The notes below the pieces were generated by a model. The model was not told the origin of the DNA, did no database searches, and saw only the letters and a program-made list of their open reading frames with translations. Positions 50,901 through 63,680 of a stretch of DNA of 64,000 bases are shown one piece after another. Position 1 is the stretch's first letter, and every line of letters begins with the position of its first letter. Made by a program: the position numbers and the translations under genes. The stretch covers positions 2,852,001 through 2,916,000 of the forward strand of contig CATNEN010000003.1 of the NCBI GenBank assembly GCA_950097015.1. The letters run 5' to 3'. Origin of the DNA: Macrostomum hystrix. Taxonomy: Eukaryota > Animalia > Platyhelminthes.

Positions 50901-53900
50901 TCTCATCCGCTCTCTCCTTCCTCTCATCCGCTCTATCCTTCCTCTCACCCGCTTTCTCCTTCCTCTCATCCGCTCTCTCCTTCCTCTCACCCGCTCTATC
51001 CTTCCTCTCACCCGCCCTATCCTTCCTCTCATCCGCTCTCTCCTTCCTCTCATCCGCTCTATCCTTCCTCTCACCCGCGTTCTCCTTCCTCTCATCCGCT
51101 CTATCCTTCCTCTCACCCGCCTTATCCTTCCTCTCATCCGCTCTATCCTTCCTCTCACCCGCCTTATCCTTCCTCTCATCCGCTCTATCCTTCCTCTCAC
51201 CCGCCTTATCCTTCCTCTCACCCGCTCTATCCTTCCTCTCATCCGCCCTATCCTTCCTCTCATCCGCTCTATCCTTCCTCTCATCCGCTCTATCCTTCCT
51301 CTCATCCGCTCTATCCTTCCTCTCATCCGCCCTATCCTTCCTCTCATCCGCTCTCTCCTTCCTCTCATCCGCTCTCTCCTTCCTCTCATCCGCTCTATCC
51401 TTCCTCTCATCCGCTCTATCCTTCCTCTCATCCGCTCTCTCCTTCCTCTCATCCGCTCTATCCTTCCTCTCACCCGCTCTATCCTTCCTCTCATCCGCTC
51501 TATCCTTCCTCTCACCCGCCTTATCCTTCCTCTCATCCGCTCTATCCTTCCTCTCACCCGCCTTATCCTTCCTCTCATCCGCTCTATCCTTCCTCTCACC
51601 CGCCTTATCCTTCCTCTCACCCGCTCTATCCTTCCTCTCATCCGCCCTATCCTTCCTCTCATCCGCTCTATCCTTCCTCTCATCCGCTCTATCCTTCCTC
51701 TCATCCGCTCTATCCTTCCTCTCATCCGCCCTATCCTTCCTCTCATCCGCTCTCTCCTTCCTCTCATCCGCTCTATCCTTCCTCTCATCCGCTCTATCCT
51801 TCCTCTCACCCGCTCTATCCTTCCTCTCATCCGCTCTCTCCTTCGTCTCATCCGCTCTATCCTTCCTCTCACCCGCTCTATCCTTCCTCTCATCCGCTCT
51901 ATCCTTCCTCTCACCCGCTCTATCCTTCCTCTCATCCGCTCTCTCCTTCCTCTCATCCGCCCTATCCTTCCTCTCACCCGCTTTCTCCTTCCTCTCATCC
52001 GCTCTCTCCTTCCTCTCACCCGCTCTCTCTTTCCTCTAATGCGCTGTCTCCTACCTCCGACCTTACTTATCCTCTCATACCTTTGCAAATTCATAATGTT
52101 TAGAGAATTTTTCGGCTTTATTTGAAACAACTAGAAAAATATCTCTTTCCTAGAAACAAATAGATTTCCTAGAACAGAATCGTAAAAAACTACCTCAACT
52201 GTGACTACGCTTTCCCTTAAGAACTAGCCAACAGTTCTTAAGGCTGATTGCAAAAAGCAATTTACACCTAAGAAGTGTACGGCACACTGTTCTAAAAAGA
52301 AATAGAATTAGAAAAGTGGGATACAAAAAGAAAATGAAGACACCAAAATTGAAAGTGTGTTTTCAGGCTCCGTAAAATTTCTTACAGAAGAAGCAAATTA
52401 TGAAAGACAAGAGTCTTCCGAGGACAAGGCAGGGATGAAGTTTCTCGATCTTGCCCTTAATTATCTGCACTTGTTTTTGCTAGTCTCGCCCAAACAATCT
52501 GGTGGCCATATTTTATAAATCGAGAAAATTCTTGAAGGCCAGAAACCCCAGAGGTGTGGAGATAAATTGTTCCGGCGGGTTGCGAACTTTGTGAAGCCGT
52601 TGCTTTCAGAAGAACTAGAACAAGAACTAGATTTTCTTGGATTTTTAAGTTAAAATTGTAATCTTTACCAAAGATTTTAATTGCTAGTAAACTCTGTGAT
52701 TTTTCGTAACTTTGAGTTGATTGTACTAGTATAAGTTTAGCAAAGCAACATCTATTTAATACACTTTCCACATTGTTGCAGTCACGTTTTTAGTTAAGTG
52801 CTTTAAATAAAACAGAACAGAGACTGGCAGTAAAAAATGATAGAAAATTGAGTGAATTTTTTACCGGTAGCATTTTTAAATTATTTATCTGTGACCAGGC
52901 GATCCTGAAATTTTTTTCTAATTTTCCAAGAAAACCGTTTTTACGCGTTCAATCCAAAATGCGGGTAATAATTTTTCTAAATTTTATTCATTTTAATCCG
53001 AAAATTAGAAAGCCAAAATCTCTTAAACCGAAACTTCCTACACCTAAAACGTCCCCCAACCCGAAACTTCCCCAAACCCGAAACTTCCCCAAACCCAAAA
53101 CTTCCTTAAACCCGAAACTTCCCCAAACCCGAAACTTTCTAAAACCCAAAACTTCCACCAACCCGAAACTTCCCCAAAACCAGAAGCTTCCCCAAACCCG
53201 AAACTTCCTTAAACCCGATACTTCCTTAAACCCTAAACTTCCTTAAACCCGAAACTTCCACCAACCCGAAACTTCCCCAAACCCTAAGCTTCCCCAAACC
53301 CGAAACTTCCTTAAACCCGAAACTTCCTTAAACCCGAAACTTCCACCAACCCGAAACTTCCCCAAAGCCAGAAGCTTCCCCATACCCCAAACCTCCCCCA
53401 ACCCGAAACTTCCCCACACCCGAAACTTCCCCAAACCCTAAGCTTCCCCAAACCCGAAACTTCCCCAAACCCTAAGCTTCCCCAACCCGAAACTTCCTTA
53501 AACCCGAAACTTCCTTAAACCCGAAACTTCCTTAAACCCGAAACTTCCCCAAACCCGAAACATCCCCAAACCCCAAACCCCCCAACCCGAAACTTCCTTA
53601 AACCCGAAACTTCCTTAAACCCGAAACTTCCTTAAACCCGAAACTTCCTTAAACCCGAAACTTCCTTAAACCCGAAACTTCCTTAAACCCGAAACTTCCT
53701 TAAACCAGAAACTTCCTCCAACCCGCAACTTCCCCAAACCCTAAGCTTCCCCAAACCCGAAACTTCCCCAAACCCGAAACTTCCTTAAACCCGAAACTTC
53801 CCCAAATCCGAAACTTCCTTTAAACCCGAAACTTCCTTAAACCCTAAGCTTCCCCAAACCCGAAACTTCCTTAAACCCGAAACTTCCCCAAATCCGAAAC

Positions 53901-56900
53901 TTCCTTTAAACCCCAAACCTCCTCCAAACCAGAAACTTCCCCACACCCGAAACTTCCCCAAACCCGAAACTTACCCAAACCCGAAGCTTCCCCAAACCCG
54001 AAACTTCCCCAAACCCGAAACTTCCTTAAACCCGAAACTTCCCCAAATCCGAAACTTCCTTTAAACCCGAAACTTCCTTAAACCCTAAGCTTCCCCAAAC
54101 CCGAAACTTCCTTAAACCCGAAACTTCCCCAAATCCGAAACTTCCTTTAAACCCCAAACCTCCTCCAAACCAGAAACTTCCCCACACCCGAAACTTCCCC
54201 AAACCCGAAACTTCCCCAAACCCGAAACCTCCCCGAACCCGAAATTCCTCAAACCTGAAACTTCCCCAAACCCTAAGCTTCCCCAAACCCGAAACTTCCC
54301 CAAACCCGAAACTTCCCCAAACCCGAAACTTCCCCAAACCCGAAACTTCCCCAAACCCGAAACTTCCTTAAACCCGAAACTTCCTTAAACCTGAAACTTC
54401 TTCAAACCCTGGCACAGTATAAGAACCCACGAAATAGAATTTAATCAATCAAAATATTCTGCGTTCTCAGCTCGAAACTGTAAGATTTGGATTCAAACCG
54501 AACCAGGTGATCGAAGTTAAAAATCTATGATATATAGAGGCGAAAGAAAAAATCAAGAAAAATCACGGAAGCGTAATCGAAGCGGTTAGGGAAGTAGAGA
54601 TTTGAGAATGGGATAACCTGATGTTGCCTAAATTCTAAAAACAACAGGTGTGAGTCATCGTGTAGGTTTGGCTATAGTGAAGTATGGTCGGTCATTTTTT
54701 AAGAGAAATTTGTAACGCTTCGTTAGCGATTAACCTGGACCTCTTTCTTCAGTGGAACAAAGTGGGTTCTCTCTCTCTCTCTCTCGTTTTCTCATTCTCT
54801 TCTTTTGGCAATGATGAATTTCGCGTTTTATTTTCTTTGCTTTATTTGGTTCGTTTTCCCGATATTGGCTCACCTGAATCCTTTGAATTATTTCTCTTTC
54901 TTCCGATTAACTATTTAAGTTAGAACATTTTCGAAAGAAAAATAATTTAATAACTCTTGCAAAACCGGATTACTTTGACTTGGAAAAGGAAAGGTAAAAT
55001 TAGATCGACAAGATTAGAGGATTCACCGATTTTGAAATCTGGAGGCATAAAGGGGAGGCAAGAAGGCCCTTACTAAAATCCCCCATAAAGCCCCCAAAAA
55101 CAAGTCATAATCGAATAGAAAATGTTTGGCTTCGACTCTGCTTGGAGTTGTCAAAACTAGGGATTTCCCAATTGAGGGATTTCCTAATCAAGGGATTTCC
55201 GCATCAAGGGATTTCCCGATCAATGGATTTCCCAATCAAGGGGTTTCCTACTCAAGGTATTTCCAGATCAAGGTATTTCCCGATCAATGGATTTCCCAAT
55301 CAAGGGGTTTCCTACTCAAGGGATTTCCAGATCAAGGGATTTCCCAATCAAGGGGTTTCCTACTCAAGGGATTTCCAGATCAAGGGATTTCCCAATCAAG
55401 GGGTTTCCTACTCAAGGGATTTCCAGATCAATGGATTTCCCAATCAAGGGGTTTCCTACTCAAGGGATTTCCAGATCAATGGATTTTCCAATCAAGGGGT
55501 TTCCTACTCAAGGGATTTCCAGATCAAGGGATTTCCCAATCAAGGGGTTTCCTACTAAAGAGGTTTCCTAATCAAGGGATTTCTCAATCAAGAGATTTTT
55601 AAATCAAGGGATTTCCAGATCAAGGGATTTCCAGATCAAGGGATTTCCAGATCAAGGGATTTACAGATCAAGGGATTTCCAGATCAAGGGATTTCCCAAT
55701 CGAGGGATTTCCCAATCAAGGGGTTTCCTACTCAAGGGATTTCCAGATCAATGGATTTCCCAATCAAGGGGTTTCCTACTCAAGGGATTTCCAGATCAAG
55801 GGATTTCCCAATCAAGGGGTTTCCTACTAAAGGGGTTTCCTAATCAAGGGATTTCTCAATCAAGAGATTTCCAAATCAAGGGATTTCCAGATTAAGGGAT
55901 TTCCCAATCGAGGGATTTCCCAATCGAGGGGCTTCCTAAGCAAGGGATTTACAGATCAAGGGATTTCCCAATCAAGGGATTTCCAAATCAAGGGGTTTCC
56001 TAATCAAGGGATTTCTCAATCAAGGGATTTCTCAATCAAGGGATTTCCAGATCAAGGGATTTCCCAATCGAGGGATTTCCCAATCGAGGGGCTTCCAAAT
56101 CAAGGGATTTCTCAATCAAGGGATTTCCAAATAAAGGGATTTCCTAATCAAGTGATTTTTGAATCAACGGATTTCTAAATCAAGGGATTTTCCGAAAAGC
56201 ATATCTATTATAAATTTTCTGGATTTCTAATTCTAACATAAGATTTCTTTCTTTTTAAAGAGATTTCCCGAGAAGAATCAAAGATATTTCTTAACTTGCG
56301 AATTTGTTTGAAATAAAATCTTGGAAAAAATTCTTTTCATTTAAAAAGTAGTTTAAGAAACTTTTGTTGGATAGAAAAAACACCTATACTATGCCTAGCA
56401 ACTGAACTTTTTATTGAATAAGAAAAAAAACGAGACACCGGATAAGATGCGGCATGCGGGCGTCAGTTTGATGGACAGCCAGACTATGGCTGCAGGCCAC
56501 AATGTCCAGTAGAATCTGGCATTGAAAGTGTGGATTATCCACCTAACCCCAGCCCGTCCGCCCCATTTGCCACTCGGCAATAAAGGCATTGCCGATAAAT
56601 TATTAATGTCCCTTCGCCATCCGTCTTACCTCTGCCGCTCTCTCTCTCCCATTCTATTTCAGGTCTTAACAAAGCTCTCACACCCAAATTCCGTCTTCTT
56701 CTGCCAGCTTAGCATAGGTGAGACTCCTATAAAAATGGGATTGCGTGCCACAGTCACTAATAGGCGGTTTAGGGGGGAGAGAAATGTGCTTCAGAGTTGG
56801 CAGTAAAATGGGTGGACATTGCCAACCAAGGCATTCTCTCTCTCTACACTTTCCTGGAGCTGTAGGCCAAAAACATTGCCGAGAAAAGTGAAAGGCCGTC

Positions 56901-59900
56901 TTCTCCTCCTTCTTCCTGTTCCTGTTGACGCCAGCCCCACTCCGCCAAAGCCAGCCACCCCTCCTCCGCGGCAGGCGTCACTAATGGCATGTCAGCTGGG
57001 GCATTGCCGGCTCTTTCATCATCGTCATCGCTCACTCCTTCTTTAGCTATTGGAGGCCCTCTTTCCGCTTCTGCTTCACGCCTTTATGGACTGCTGCTGC
57101 TGCTGCTGCTGCTGCTGGGGTGTTCACGTTACTCGTTGTTGGCATGCATTCACCACTTTTTGGATTCTAAAATCTAGCGTTAGCATGTATATACCAGTTC
57201 GCAGGTAAAGGTTGCAATCGTTCATCCTTAGTCTACAGACTAAAAGTGCAATAATTAGGCTATTCTTGATTCAATCAAAAGATTATTTCCAAGAAACGCA
57301 CATGTGAATAGAAGCCAGAGAAAATGTAAAGTTTTGTATGAGTCACATTTAATTTGCGTCAATATTGATGGGTCAATTAAAACATGCTTTTGCCAAAAGT
57401 AATTGCAAACTGCAGCTAGAATCGTATCAAACTGCAGCTAGAATCACATCAAACTGCAGCTAGAATCGTATCAAACTGCAGCTAGAATCGTATCAAACTG
57501 CAGCTAGAATCGCATCAAACTGCAGCTAGAATCACATCAAACTGCAGCTAGAATCGTATCAAACTGCAGCTAGAATCGTATCAAACTGCAGCTAGAATCA
57601 CATCAAACTGCAGCTAGAATCGCATCAAACTGCAGCTAGAATCACATCAAACTGCAGCTAGAATCGTATCAAACTGCAGCTAGAATCGTATCAAACTGCA
57701 GCTAGAATCGCATCAAACTGCAGCTAGAATCACATCAAACTGCAGCTAGAATCGTATCAAACTGCAGCTAGAATCGCATCAAACTGCAGCTAGAATCACA
57801 TCAAACTGCAGCTAGAATCGTATCAAACTGCAGCTAGAATCGTATCAAACTGCAGCTAGAATCGCATCAAACTGCAGCTAGAATCACATCAAACTGCAGC
57901 TAGAATCGTATCAAACTGCAGCTAGAATCGTATCAAACTGCAGCTAGAATCACATCAAACTGCAGCTAGAATCGTATCAAACTGCAGCTAGAATCGTATC
58001 AAACTGCAGCTAGAATCGTATCAAACTGCAGCTAGAATCGTATCAAACTGCAGCTAGAATCGTATCAAACTGCAGCTAGAATCGTATCAAACTGCAGCTA
58101 GAATCGTATCAAACTGCAGCTAGAATCGCATCAAACTGCAGCTAGAATCGTATCAAACTGCAGCTAGAAAAGTAGAAAAGTAATCGACCTACATTAAACT
58201 TGATTTCTGAATTATAACTTTGCTCTTTATAGAACAGCTTAGATAAAGCTTCGATTAAAGAAACATTTGTACTAGGTTCAGATGAGGAAGTAGCTATTTC
58301 AAACAAAGCGAATGCTTTGAATATTTAGTAACTCAATCTGTATCAATGTAACAAAACTTTTTGCTTTGATTTGTGATTGAAATGCATACTGTTGTTTGTT
58401 AGAATTGCCTTTGAAGTGCTTGTTCAAAGCGAATTCAAAATTAATGCAAATACGAGTCTGTAATGTTAAACTTTGGATTAATATACACTAGCGTATTTCG
58501 TCAATCACGACAGAAATCGATAATCAAATAATATTTATAGCTCTTTGTTCTCTATTGGCATTCACTGAAAAAAAAATTCAATGTGCAAGAACGAGGGCGC
58601 GAGTCATTTCAAATTAGTACCAATGTCTTTGAAGGAAATCTACGAGCTCGTATATTTATTTTTAATTTTGATTTTGTTGAAAATACAGACTTCTAGGAAA
58701 AACAGATTGCAAGGAAATCTAGGAAATCTATTATCTAGGTATCAATTTTAGGAAATACTGATTTCTAGGAAATACCGATTTCTAGGAAATACATATTTCT
58801 AGGAAATACAGATTTCTAGAAAAATACAGTTTTCTAGGAAATACAGATTTCTAGGAAATACAGATTTCTAGAAAAATACAGTTTTCTAGGAAATACAGAT
58901 TTCTAGGAAATACAGATTTCTAGGAAATACAGATTTCTAGGAAATACAGATTTCTAGGAAATACCGATTTCTAGGAAATACAGATTTCTAGGAAATATAC
59001 AGATTTCTAGGAAAATATTATTTGTTTCTTTGAAACAACAGCTATTGGCACATGGAAAACGGAGATTTTTTTGACTTTCCAACTTTAATAAGTAATAAGT
59101 TTTTTTGCCTTTTAAATAGATACCATAATTCTAAAGAACAGCACATTTCTAAGTAGCGAATTTAATTGTGGCTAAAAGCTGTCTGTTAAAACCTCTTAAC
59201 AACAGCACCCTTATTTGTTAGTGTTCGCGCTGATCCTCGCTCTGTCCACCTCGATGTACTTTTAGCAATACAACAATTAATAATCCAATGACTGAAAGCA
59301 CAGAGCGCATTTAGATCCAATCAGTTACCAATCAGTTATTCATGTGGTTGGTAATATATTAGTTACTATAACCCCATTGTGGGTGGTCTAGCTGAAATGA
59401 TTGATAGTGAATTTGCCTCTTGTAAAATCCACAATTTTCCGTTACCTCGGCAGCCAAGAAGCTGCAAAAGAGAAAGTTTGAAACAAAAAAACTATAATTA
59501 TTGCATTTTATCCCACACGCAGGATCGCATTGTTGCTCGGCCCAGCTGACACTCACAGCCGAGCCATCTGACATCAGCGCTCGCGAGATGGGCATTGTAA
59601 GACTTGCCTGCCGAACAGAACTACCAACATCCGCTGTCAAAGTCGTGTGGAATCTGGACGGGGTCATTGTGGCTTCTAGCTCGTTAAGATCGCCGGATCC
59701 CAGATTCCGGATTGCAACGTCTGCTCATGACTCTGGATCTCCCGGTTTGTTTTATTTTCTCCCCAATTCTCCTAATTCCTAAATATCCACAAATCTCCGA
59801 AAATATTCAACAAGTCGCCATGAAAATCCGCTCTATCCGATGAAACAGCTTCCAGAACCACAAGACATCGGCATCGTCGAGATATTCAAGGATTCTCGTC

Positions 59901-62900
59901 GGCGTGTCTGGTGGCAAGAACCACCAATAAAGGCTGGTTACAATTTTTAGGTCAACTATTTTATTACTGAACCAATATGAATTCGCCATTGCGGTTTATA
60001 CAGAGCAATGTAAGTTGCCCTTGTCATCAGTCTTTGACAAGAACCGCTGATATCTCGATGATGCTGACGTCGAACGGCTTTGAAAGTTTATCGTTCAAAG
60101 GAGGTAAATTTCTATAAATATTGAGGACTTTCACGAAAATCAGTCATTTGGTTTGGCTGACTCCTGATTCGCTGATTGGCTGATTCGCTGATTGGCTGAT
60201 TCGCTGACTGCTGAGCACACACGCACACAGATACTGTACGCAGGCACACGCTCACACAGGTGTGTACATCTGTTCTGACTTTCTCATTGTCAGGCAGTGT
60301 ACACTCTCACTGTGCCATGGAGGTTGGCCCTCATGGGCATAAATTGCACGACAAGCCACCAAGCCTTCTCTCCGCGGCTGCGCCCCAAATGAATGTGGCC
60401 TCGCTGCGGAATCGAACTTAGGGACCTTTGTGCGAGAGGCAAACGCGTTAACCGCTCTGCCACCGACGCCCTCCTAAAAATTATTCTTAAAAAGCAACAA
60501 TGGGTGAAATATCAAATAAACTTTTTTCAATTAGTCTGCCAAACCAAAAATTTAAGTCACCCACACAAATTCACTTTGAAAAATCACACTCAGACAGATA
60601 GAAAATTCCGAATTCCCACAAAAAAAATTGCAAAGCCACCTGTCGAACTCACGTCACGTTCAAGCATCACCAATGCGAGTGTCAATGGGACTGGCTCAGT
60701 GAGGCTTGTCGACACGAAAATGTAAAATAGTAGAGCCTGAAGAATCAGGGAATATGGGAGGTGACAAAGGGATTGAAAGCTGTTCTCGTTGATTTTTTGG
60801 GGATATTGGGATAAGACGCGCAGCTATAGTGTTTTGTGCAGGGATAAAGGGAAAAGTGGACGTGTTATCCCCCCCAACAACCCCGGGTTATTCTTGCTGC
60901 AATTGTGTAAACACGACAAATCCCACACTGTCGCATCTGCCTCACGTCTGCTGACACCAACCACAACGCTCTTCGGATTTTTGGTGCATGAAGACAGAGG
61001 GGAGAGTAGGCAATTTCAACTGGGATCATCCGGACTAAAGCAGCTGCATTGGTGTTAGCAGCTGGACTTTCCCTGGCCCCATCACCAACTCTATTTGCCA
61101 AGCTGCACTGATAGTTGGGACGCAAAAATACCTCAGAGTTTGCTATGGAAGATTCGTTGGGATATTTTAAGCTATTGAAGCTAAGCTATTCACTCACTCT
61201 CTCCCTCACTCAGCCACTTACTCCCTCACTCACTGACTCACTCACTCACTCACTCTCTCCTTACCTCACTCACTCACACTCTCATTCACTCACTCACTCA
61301 CTCTCTCCCTCCCTCACTCACTCCCTCCCTCACTCACCCACTCACTCACTGACTCTCTCCTTACCTCACTCACTCACACTCTCATTCACTCACTCACTCA
61401 CTCTCTCCTTCCCTCACTCACTCACACTCTCATTCACTTACTCACTCACTCACTCTCTCCCTCCCTCACTCACTCACTCACTCACTCACCCACTCACTCA
61501 CTGACTCTCTCCTTACCTCACTCACTCACACTCTCATTCACTCACTCACTCACTCTCTCCTTCCCTCACTCACTCACACTCTCATTCACTTACTCACTCA
61601 CTCACTCTCTCCCTCCCTCACTCACTCACTCACTCACTCACTCTCTCCCTCCCTCACTCACTCACTCACTCCCTCACTCACTCACTCTCTCCCTCCCTCA
61701 CTCACTCACTCACTCCCTCACTCACTCACTCACTCACTCACTCTCTCCTTCCCTCACTCACTCACTCCCTCACTCACTCTCTCCTTCCCTCACTCACTCA
61801 CACTCTCGTTCACTCACTCACTCACTCACTCTCTCCCTCACTCACTCACACTCTCATTCACTCTCTCACTCACCCACTCACTCACTGACTCACTCACTCA
61901 CTCCCTAACTCACCCACTCACCCATCCACTCACCCACTCACTCACTCTCTCACTCATTCGCGAATCTCTCATAATGTCAGGCGGCTCAAAATTAAATTGC
62001 TCAAACTATGAATACTGTTAAACCATTCTATGCAGTCTGTCTGCAGATAATATTTTTCGTGTCCATTCTAGATTAAAATCAAGCAGAGACCAGTTGAAGC
62101 AGAAAATTAATTTTTGCAGCCAGTGTATATTTACAGACATGATTGTCTCTGACATCTGAATTATAGCCCTCCTTATGGAATAGGAGGGCAAGCTTTCACT
62201 TCGGAAAATTTTCCAGTTTAATAAACGAGCTAATTATAGTCGTTTGTTGACAAGTCGCGCAGTCCAGTTTCTAAGAAAGTAGACCGATTATCTTCAATCT
62301 AAAATCGCCGATTTCAAATCCCCAGTGCTATAGATGAATTATCGATCGTGGCTCATTTATCGATCGATTAGAAAGTTCAACATTTGAGAGCATTGGAGCT
62401 ATAACCATAGTAAAGTGCAGGGCTGTCCCCAATGCACACACGCGCACCAGTCTCTTGAGTCTCTTGGGCAATGAAATCAAAAGCAGCTCAAACATTCGAG
62501 GGTTGGCCATAGTGGAATCTGCTGAAGAGTGCCGGTGATTTAGGGAGGCATCGAATTATCATTTTGCTGGGCCTGGCTGGGTTAGAAGGGACTCCAGCAT
62601 ACTCTCAACTCCCAGCATCAGCGCCTAGTGCTCAAATCGATTTGTTATTATCCCATGTTTTCATTTAGGTCAATCTGTGCGATTTCTGACTAGATTATCG
62701 AATAATTTTTTTTGTAGAAATGATCGGCAAAGAGGAGTTTCAAACAAAATATTAGCGAACATCATGTCTATATTCCCATAGGGATTCTAGCGATCATCGG
62801 GAGACCTTAAGATCCCGTCTGTTGTTATTCCCACTGATTGCCACAGAGATTGCTTAAAGTCGTTCTCATTCGGCTGCAAGTTTTGGCCCCGCGTGACTGC

Positions 62901-63680
62901 TTGAATGTCACAGATTTATAGATTTTAAGCATTTCATTTGCTAACTGTTCTACTGACAGTAGTGTGAAAAGAGACTACATGACAAAAATTAATTCGTGAA
63001 AACCCTCTAAAAATTTTTCACTGACTAGAAAACTTTTCACACACAAACCATCACCCACGTCACCTAATCCTCAAACCAAGGCCTTCACCCACATCAACAA
63101 ATCATCAAACGAAGGCCTTCACCCAGATCAACAAACACTCAAACCAAGGCCTTCACCCAGATCAACAAACACTCAAACCAAGGCCTTCACCCAGATCACC
63201 CACGCCACTCCAAGCAGGTGTCCACGACCTGATCATCAGCCCGCTGCAGATGCAGGACCAAGGCGAATACTACTGCCAAGTGTCGGAGGCAGACAACAGT
63301 CGTCGAACTTGGCCAAAGATTTCTAGGAAAGCAACTCTGCGAGTATTGAGAAATGTCGACACAGTCAGTCTGGTTCGATTGCTCAACGGTTCCGCAGTCA
63401 CGTCGGCAGCTGCGGTATCGGCAGTGCAGGCTCCAGAATCGGGATCGGCAGTTGTTAAACAGAAAAATGTTTTAAAAATTCGCACCGGAGAACAGCTGAC
63501 TCTCGTCTGTTCGTCCAGCGGTTCGAATCCTGCGGCGGGCATCGCCTGGCTCATCGGCGACGACGAGGATCGAGTCGACACGCCAACGACGGAGGGCGAG
63601 GCTGGCAGACGCTTCATCAGCCGACCGTTTAGCGGCTCAGTTCGACTCGAAAGAAAAATTGAATCCCCAAACAATAAACT
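41950..63680 (+). CDS. Ig-superfamily cell-surface protein (nephrin/Kirre-like), 3' end outside the window. Coding exons 41950-41998, 59523-59744, 63218-63680
   Basis: Phase-1 joins give signal peptide MRPRLTFLTACLVLALGSHCCSA. Ig1 reads VRLAC..VVWNLDG..RFRI..HDLIISPLQMQDQGEYYCQV. Ig2 reads LTLVCSSSGSNPAAGIAW (C2-type as in nephrin/Kirre). Donor CT|GTGAGC at 63680. The link of exon 1 across 17.5 kb is inferred. Confidence 0.78.
42024..42590. repeat. GA-rich satellite (18-bp agagggagagcgagaagg and 6-bp gagagg)
   Basis: Polypurine tract directly after the donor at 41999. Confidence 0.9.
43485..45740. repeat. 12-bp minisatellite (tctaatagcctc/tctaatagtcac) with recurring inverted-unit inserts
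   Basis: ~2.25 kb of tandem copies punctuated by gtatctattagagactatcttt. Confidence 0.93.
46398..46540 (+). mobile_element. Degenerate CORE-like SINE remnant (family B-related)
   Basis: TGGCAGCTTTGGCTAGAGC..GATCGAATCTC..TTGAGCAAGACACCTAA..CCAGCTGTAAAT. Confidence 0.55.
46550..46850. repeat. 23-bp minisatellite (ttagatttggcgccattttaagc)
   Basis: Tandem copies. Confidence 0.9.
47378..47902. repeat. 22-bp CT-rich minisatellite (ctctctgtctccctctctcgca)
   Basis: Tandem copies. Confidence 0.9.
49055..52037. repeat. 21-bp polypyrimidine minisatellite (ctctcatccgctctctccttc), ~140 copies
   Basis: Tandem copies; source of the >1000-aa ORFs on both strands. Confidence 0.95.
53020..54410. repeat. 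~17-bp minisatellite (aaacccgaaacttcccc)
   Basis: Tandem copies. Confidence 0.92.
55158..56192. repeat. 16-bp minisatellite (aatcaagggatttccc) with a 48-bp higher-order unit
   Basis: Tandem copies. Confidence 0.92.
57406..58168. repeat. 22-bp minisatellite (aaactgcagctagaatcgtatc)
   Basis: About 34 highly similar tandem copies. Confidence 0.94.
58680..59015. repeat. 17-bp minisatellite (tttctaggaaatacaga)
   Basis: Tandem copies. Confidence 0.9.
60157..60471 (-). mobile_element. SINE family A, copy 4 (3' truncated, ending in short gctgatt repeats)
   Basis: Homologous to 40880-41148. Confidence 0.8.
61188..61958. repeat. (CACT)n-based microsatellite
   Basis: Degenerate tetranucleotide tract in an intron of the Ig gene. 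Confidence 0.92.
63070..63200. repeat. 34-bp tandem repeat just upstream of the Ig exon-3 acceptor
   Basis: About 4 copies of aaaccaaggccttcacccagatcaacaaacactc. Confidence 0.8.

Noticed and set aside
48949-52130. 1058-aa, 1045-aa and 598-aa ORFs
   Set aside because: A stop-free 21-bp minisatellite open on both strands inside an intron, with no supporting splice signals.
53020-54410. Interstitial telomeric repeat
   Set aside because: The unit is ~17 bp (aaacccgaaacttcccc); there are no tandem TTAGGG or TTTAGGG runs.
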